Below are positions 61,283-64,000 of a stretch of DNA of 64,000 nucleotides, piece after piece. The translations under genes were made by a program, and so were the position numbers. The stretch is taken from the NCBI GenBank assembly GCA_030704615.1, contig CM060734.1, positions 5,952,001 through 6,016,000 of the forward strand. Reading direction: 5' to 3'. How positions within the stretch are numbered: the stretch's first letter is position 1; every line of letters begins with the position of its first letter. The DNA is from Takakia lepidozioides. Lineage: Eukaryota > Plantae > Bryophyta. The notes below the pieces were generated by a model. That model was not told where the DNA came from. It was given only the letters and a program-made list of their open reading frames with translations, and did not search any database.

Positions 61283-62812
61283 TCAATCTTCTTCTGATCC
61301 TATCTTCAGCTCCTTGGTCCACACGAGTCCCAACTGCTTAAGACAGAAAAAATGTTTGTCTCTAGGAACGCTTTTGGTTAAGAAATCAGCAGCCATATCC
61401 GAAGTGGAAATATACATCAAAGTCACTTCTTTAGCTTGGATCTGTTCCCGTATGTAATGGTACTGAGTATCTATGTGCTTGCTCCTGGCATGATACCTAG
61501 GATTCTCTGAGAGAGCAATAGCACTTTGATTATCTCCATAAATGAGTGTAGGCTTCACTTGAGCAAACCCTAGATCCGCCAACAGTCTTCTCAACCATAC
61601 AGCTTCAGAAGATGCCTTTGACAACGCCATGTATTCAGACTCGGTACTTGATAGAGCTACTGACCTTTGCTTCTTGCTGGACCAACTCACCGTTCCACCA
61701 GCTAGTTTGAAACAGTATCCTGAAGTTGATCGTCGTCAATCAACGTCCCAAGCCCAGTCATCATCTGAAAACCCTACCATCACATCTCCTTCCTTGGACT
61801 TAATGTACTGAATCCCAATGTGAATAGTTCCTTTGAGATACCTTAGAACTCGTTTTAGCGCTTGCCAATGTTTCTCCCTGGATTTGACAAAAACTGAGCA
61901 AAACTCCCCACTGCATATGCACAGTCAACTCTGGTGTTCACTATAGCATGCATTAGACACCCAACAGCTTGCGAGTAAGGTACTCCTCTCATCTGTACTT
62001 TATCTTCATCTATACTTTATCTGCTTCAGCTTGCGGGCAATCTTCTTTGGTAAGTTTATCTTTTGTCTCCATCGGCGTACTCACTGGCTTGCACTGCTCC
62101 ATCTTAAATCGATGTAAGACTTCAATTAAGTACTTCTCTTGCACCATCCTTATCCATCCTTCTGCCATATTTCTCCTGATTTGTACTCCAAGACAAAAAT
62201 GTATCTCACCAAGGTCTGTCATTTCAAACTTAGATTCAAGCAATTGATGCAGAAATGCCATATTATTACCAGCTAAGATAGTGTCATCCACATAGATGGC
62301 CACAATGACATATCTTCCATTTTCTCTTTTGGTGTACACATTAGAATCAGCAAAACAGTTCTAAAACCCAATCCATATTAGGTATGAATCAAACCTTTGA
62401 TACCACGCTCTTGGTGATTGCTTGAGACCATAGAGTGCTTTGTTCAGCTGACATACCAGATTAGAATTTCGTCCCTTTTGTACTCCATGTAGATCTCTTC
62501 CTATATGATGTCGTTTAAGAAGGCCGTCTTCACATCTAACTGTTGTACTTCTAGGTCGAATTGAGCAGCCAATGCAAGGATAACTCGTATTGAGGCCAAT
62601 TTTACTACAAGTGAGAAAGTCTCATTGTAGCCAACTCCTAAGATCTGTGAGAACCCTTTTGCTACAAGTCTCGCTTTGTATCTCTCCACCTCTCCATCAG
62701 ATTCAAACTTCACCTTGAACAACCACTTGCACCCGACAGCTTTTCTGTTTGTTGGAAGTGTTGTGATCGTCCACGTCTCGTTTGTTTTCAAAGATTGTAG
62801 TTCAGACTCTAA
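61283..62812 (-). mobile_element. Ty1/copia RT and RNase H, 5'-truncated pseudogene
   Basis: ELQSLKTNETW; GCKWLFKVK; YKARLVAKGFSQ; QLDVKTAFLN; IYVDDTIL; SWSSKKQRSVALSSTESEY; DNQSAI; KHIDTQYHYIRE; ADFLTK. Confidence 0.95.
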
Positions 62813-64000
62813 GTTTGGGCGATTCACTTTCTTTGTGCATGCTTTGTACATTTTGTTGTGCATTCTTGTTTGCTGGTCTTGAGAGCTATGGCGCAGGCCT
62901 CTCTTCCACAAGCCATCGAGGTATTGGCTTGCATATGCTCTGTTTCCTTTCTGCCCCTGCTTTGTATTGCATGTTGTACAACGATAACAAGCGTGAGACC
63001 TGCGATTCACCCGGGGTTCCACATCCTCTCTAACTTAACTGTTTCTGATTGCATGTGATGGGACCAGGTGAGGGTCCTCACTTAACATGGATTTTAAAGC
63101 TTGAAGTTGATTGGAATCGAGTTGAAGAAGCGACGCCATCTGTATCTTTGGGGGAGAACAATCCTTTCTTCCTCTTTCCTTTCATCTTGATGGCTCCTAT
63201 GTTTAACCTAGTATGGTGGACAATCAATCATTAGGGCGACTATCTCTTGTTTCCTATGGCATACTGATGTGACAATGGAGCAATGATATTAAAGAGATCT
63301 GGTAACATGCTACAATGTAGGGCATACCTGTTTTCATGACCAGACAGTGTTCTTGAATGTACAAGCATTGGAAACTTAGCCTCTTTTAGAAGCTGGTTAC
63401 TTTAGGACACTCGATACCATGCCAAACTGATGTGGATGTGGTTATGCCTTGGTATGTAAGCTGACCAAAAAATAGAGACTTTTTAGCATGCTGAACGATG
63501 GTTTCCTGCTATGAACAGTGTTAATTGAGTCTCTAATTTTTCCCACCCCCCCCCACCCAGAGACTTCATTGACTTTGAAGTCTGGGATTTGTCATAAAGC
63601 TGACTTGTGAATGAAGAATGGTTGACAATGCCTTGTTGTGAGGCTGATTTGTCGTTAATTTTACAGTGACCTTGTCAGGTCTTTGTCCATGTCTCGACAA
63701 GACATAAGTATCTTCCCTCTCTGATTTAGACCAGTGTACTTGGTGGTTCTTGTACACATTATCAACCAATCTCCCTTCTGTTTTCAGTTTTATGTTTGAT
63801 TTACTAACACCTTGGTCTGAGCATGACAAAAGGTTATCAAATATGTTCCTGATTGAAGTGATGAACCCAAGGCAATGGGAAGGCCAAAGCCATGAGATAT
63901 CAGCCTCCTCTCCCGCCATGACCATGGTGTGGAGCAAGCAAGTCGTTCATAAGGTAAGATCTTCTCCAGCAAAAATATGTTGGCTAATTGGGCATGGAGA
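62810..64000 (-). repeat. Dispersed repeat B, copy 3 (inverted, uninterrupted, runs off the window)
   Basis: 63173-64000 matches about 19420-20274 and 62810-63085 matches 24918-25192. Confidence 0.9.

Overview
Eukaryotic nuclear DNA from a land plant. A non-seed plant such as a bryophyte is my inference from PLS-type PPR relics and the transposon repertoire. Positions 1-44.2 kb are a nested transposon graveyard: LTR-like repeats, CACTA, hAT, MULE/SWIM and several Ty3/gypsy pieces, plus captured host-gene fragments (MED33, PPR, MAP3K, F-box). Positions 46.1-59.5 kb hold one apparently intact 20-exon host gene for a TDBD/PHD/GNAT chromatin acetyltransferase of the IDM1-related family, with 5'-truncated LINE copies in two introns. 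A truncated Ty1/copia element and a dispersed repeat close the window. The most notable item is a Ty3/gypsy retrotransposon on the minus strand (about 33.1-40.75 kb). Its single-frame pol reads protease - DNMT3-like C5-cytosine DNA methyltransferase - RT - RNase H - integrase - PHD finger, so it carries its own methylation writer and a putative histone reader. All calls come from motif recognition by eye; no database searches were run.
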